Source: a virus
Taxonomy: Duplodnaviria > Caudoviricetes
Direction: 5' to 3' (one strand)
IMG/VR virus record: IMGVR_UViG_3300024521_000001
Span: 32,001 to 96,000 of that record
DNA length: 64,000 nt
Shown: positions 63,832 through 64,000 of the stretch, one piece after another
Layout: every line of letters starts with the position of its first letter
How positions within the stretch are numbered: position 1 is the stretch's first letter
Program-made: the position numbers and the translations under genes
The notes under the pieces: model-generated
Seen by the model: the letters and a program-made list of their open reading frames with translations, nothing else
What the model was told of the DNA's origin: nothing
Databases searched by the model: none

Positions 63832-64000
63832 TGCACGTTATCCACCTACCAGCTAGTACCAAAACGGTGAGTGTCGGTCACTACGTCCAAGCCTGGAAGG
63901 ATTGCAAGGCTGCACCAGTTGGCACGGCCTACAGTCACGGCCTATGTGGATGGTCACCGACAACACGCGAGAGAATACTGCGCGAGTTTGAGGAAGGGAT
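63828..64000 (+). CDS. Hypothetical protein, truncated by window end
   Basis: GGAGG RBS, ATGA overlap, open to the end. Confidence 0.55.
   Translation, partial: MMHVIHLPASTKTVSVGHYVQAWKDCKAAPVGTAYSHGLCGWSPTTRERILREFEEG

Noticed and set aside
1-64000. Genome-wide UGA reassignment
   Set aside because: Many genes end in TGA with ATGA coupling; only one internal UGA was found

Overview
This window is part of a tailed dsDNA bacteriophage genome with podovirus-type morphogenesis and no tape measure gene. The host is probably diderm, since spanin-like and lipoprotein genes are present. From about 61.5 kb leftwards almost all genes are on the minus strand. In order they are small accessory and regulatory genes, a degenerate tRNA-Glu, an operon of six small basic proteins, TerS/TerL, portal, scaffold, major capsid, decoration, adaptor and nozzle proteins, two repeat-built fibres, ejection proteins (one a 3710-aa MTase/Strawberry-notch/peptidase/LPD38-type polyvalent protein) and a lysis cassette. 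A divergent plus-strand cluster of small early-type genes starts at about 62.36 kb. No replication or integration genes were recognised. Five signals stand out. (1) A PLA2-like gene has an in-frame UGA at a position I recall as a family Cys, followed 11 nt later by a 17-nt hairpin (candidate selenoprotein or recoding). (2) Five promoter-like motifs read TTGACR-N7-(-10-like hexamer), a 7-bp spacer. (3) Five dispersed copies of a 16-bp near-palindrome (ideal GTACAGACGTCTGTAC) occur, one inside a ParB-N gene. (4) A tandem array of basic proteins with RK[S/P][S/T]R/ARKS tails is co-transcribed with a SAM methyltransferase. (5) Near-identical 18-bp junctions link the early genes. All family assignments are by eye from motifs and synteny; no searches were run.
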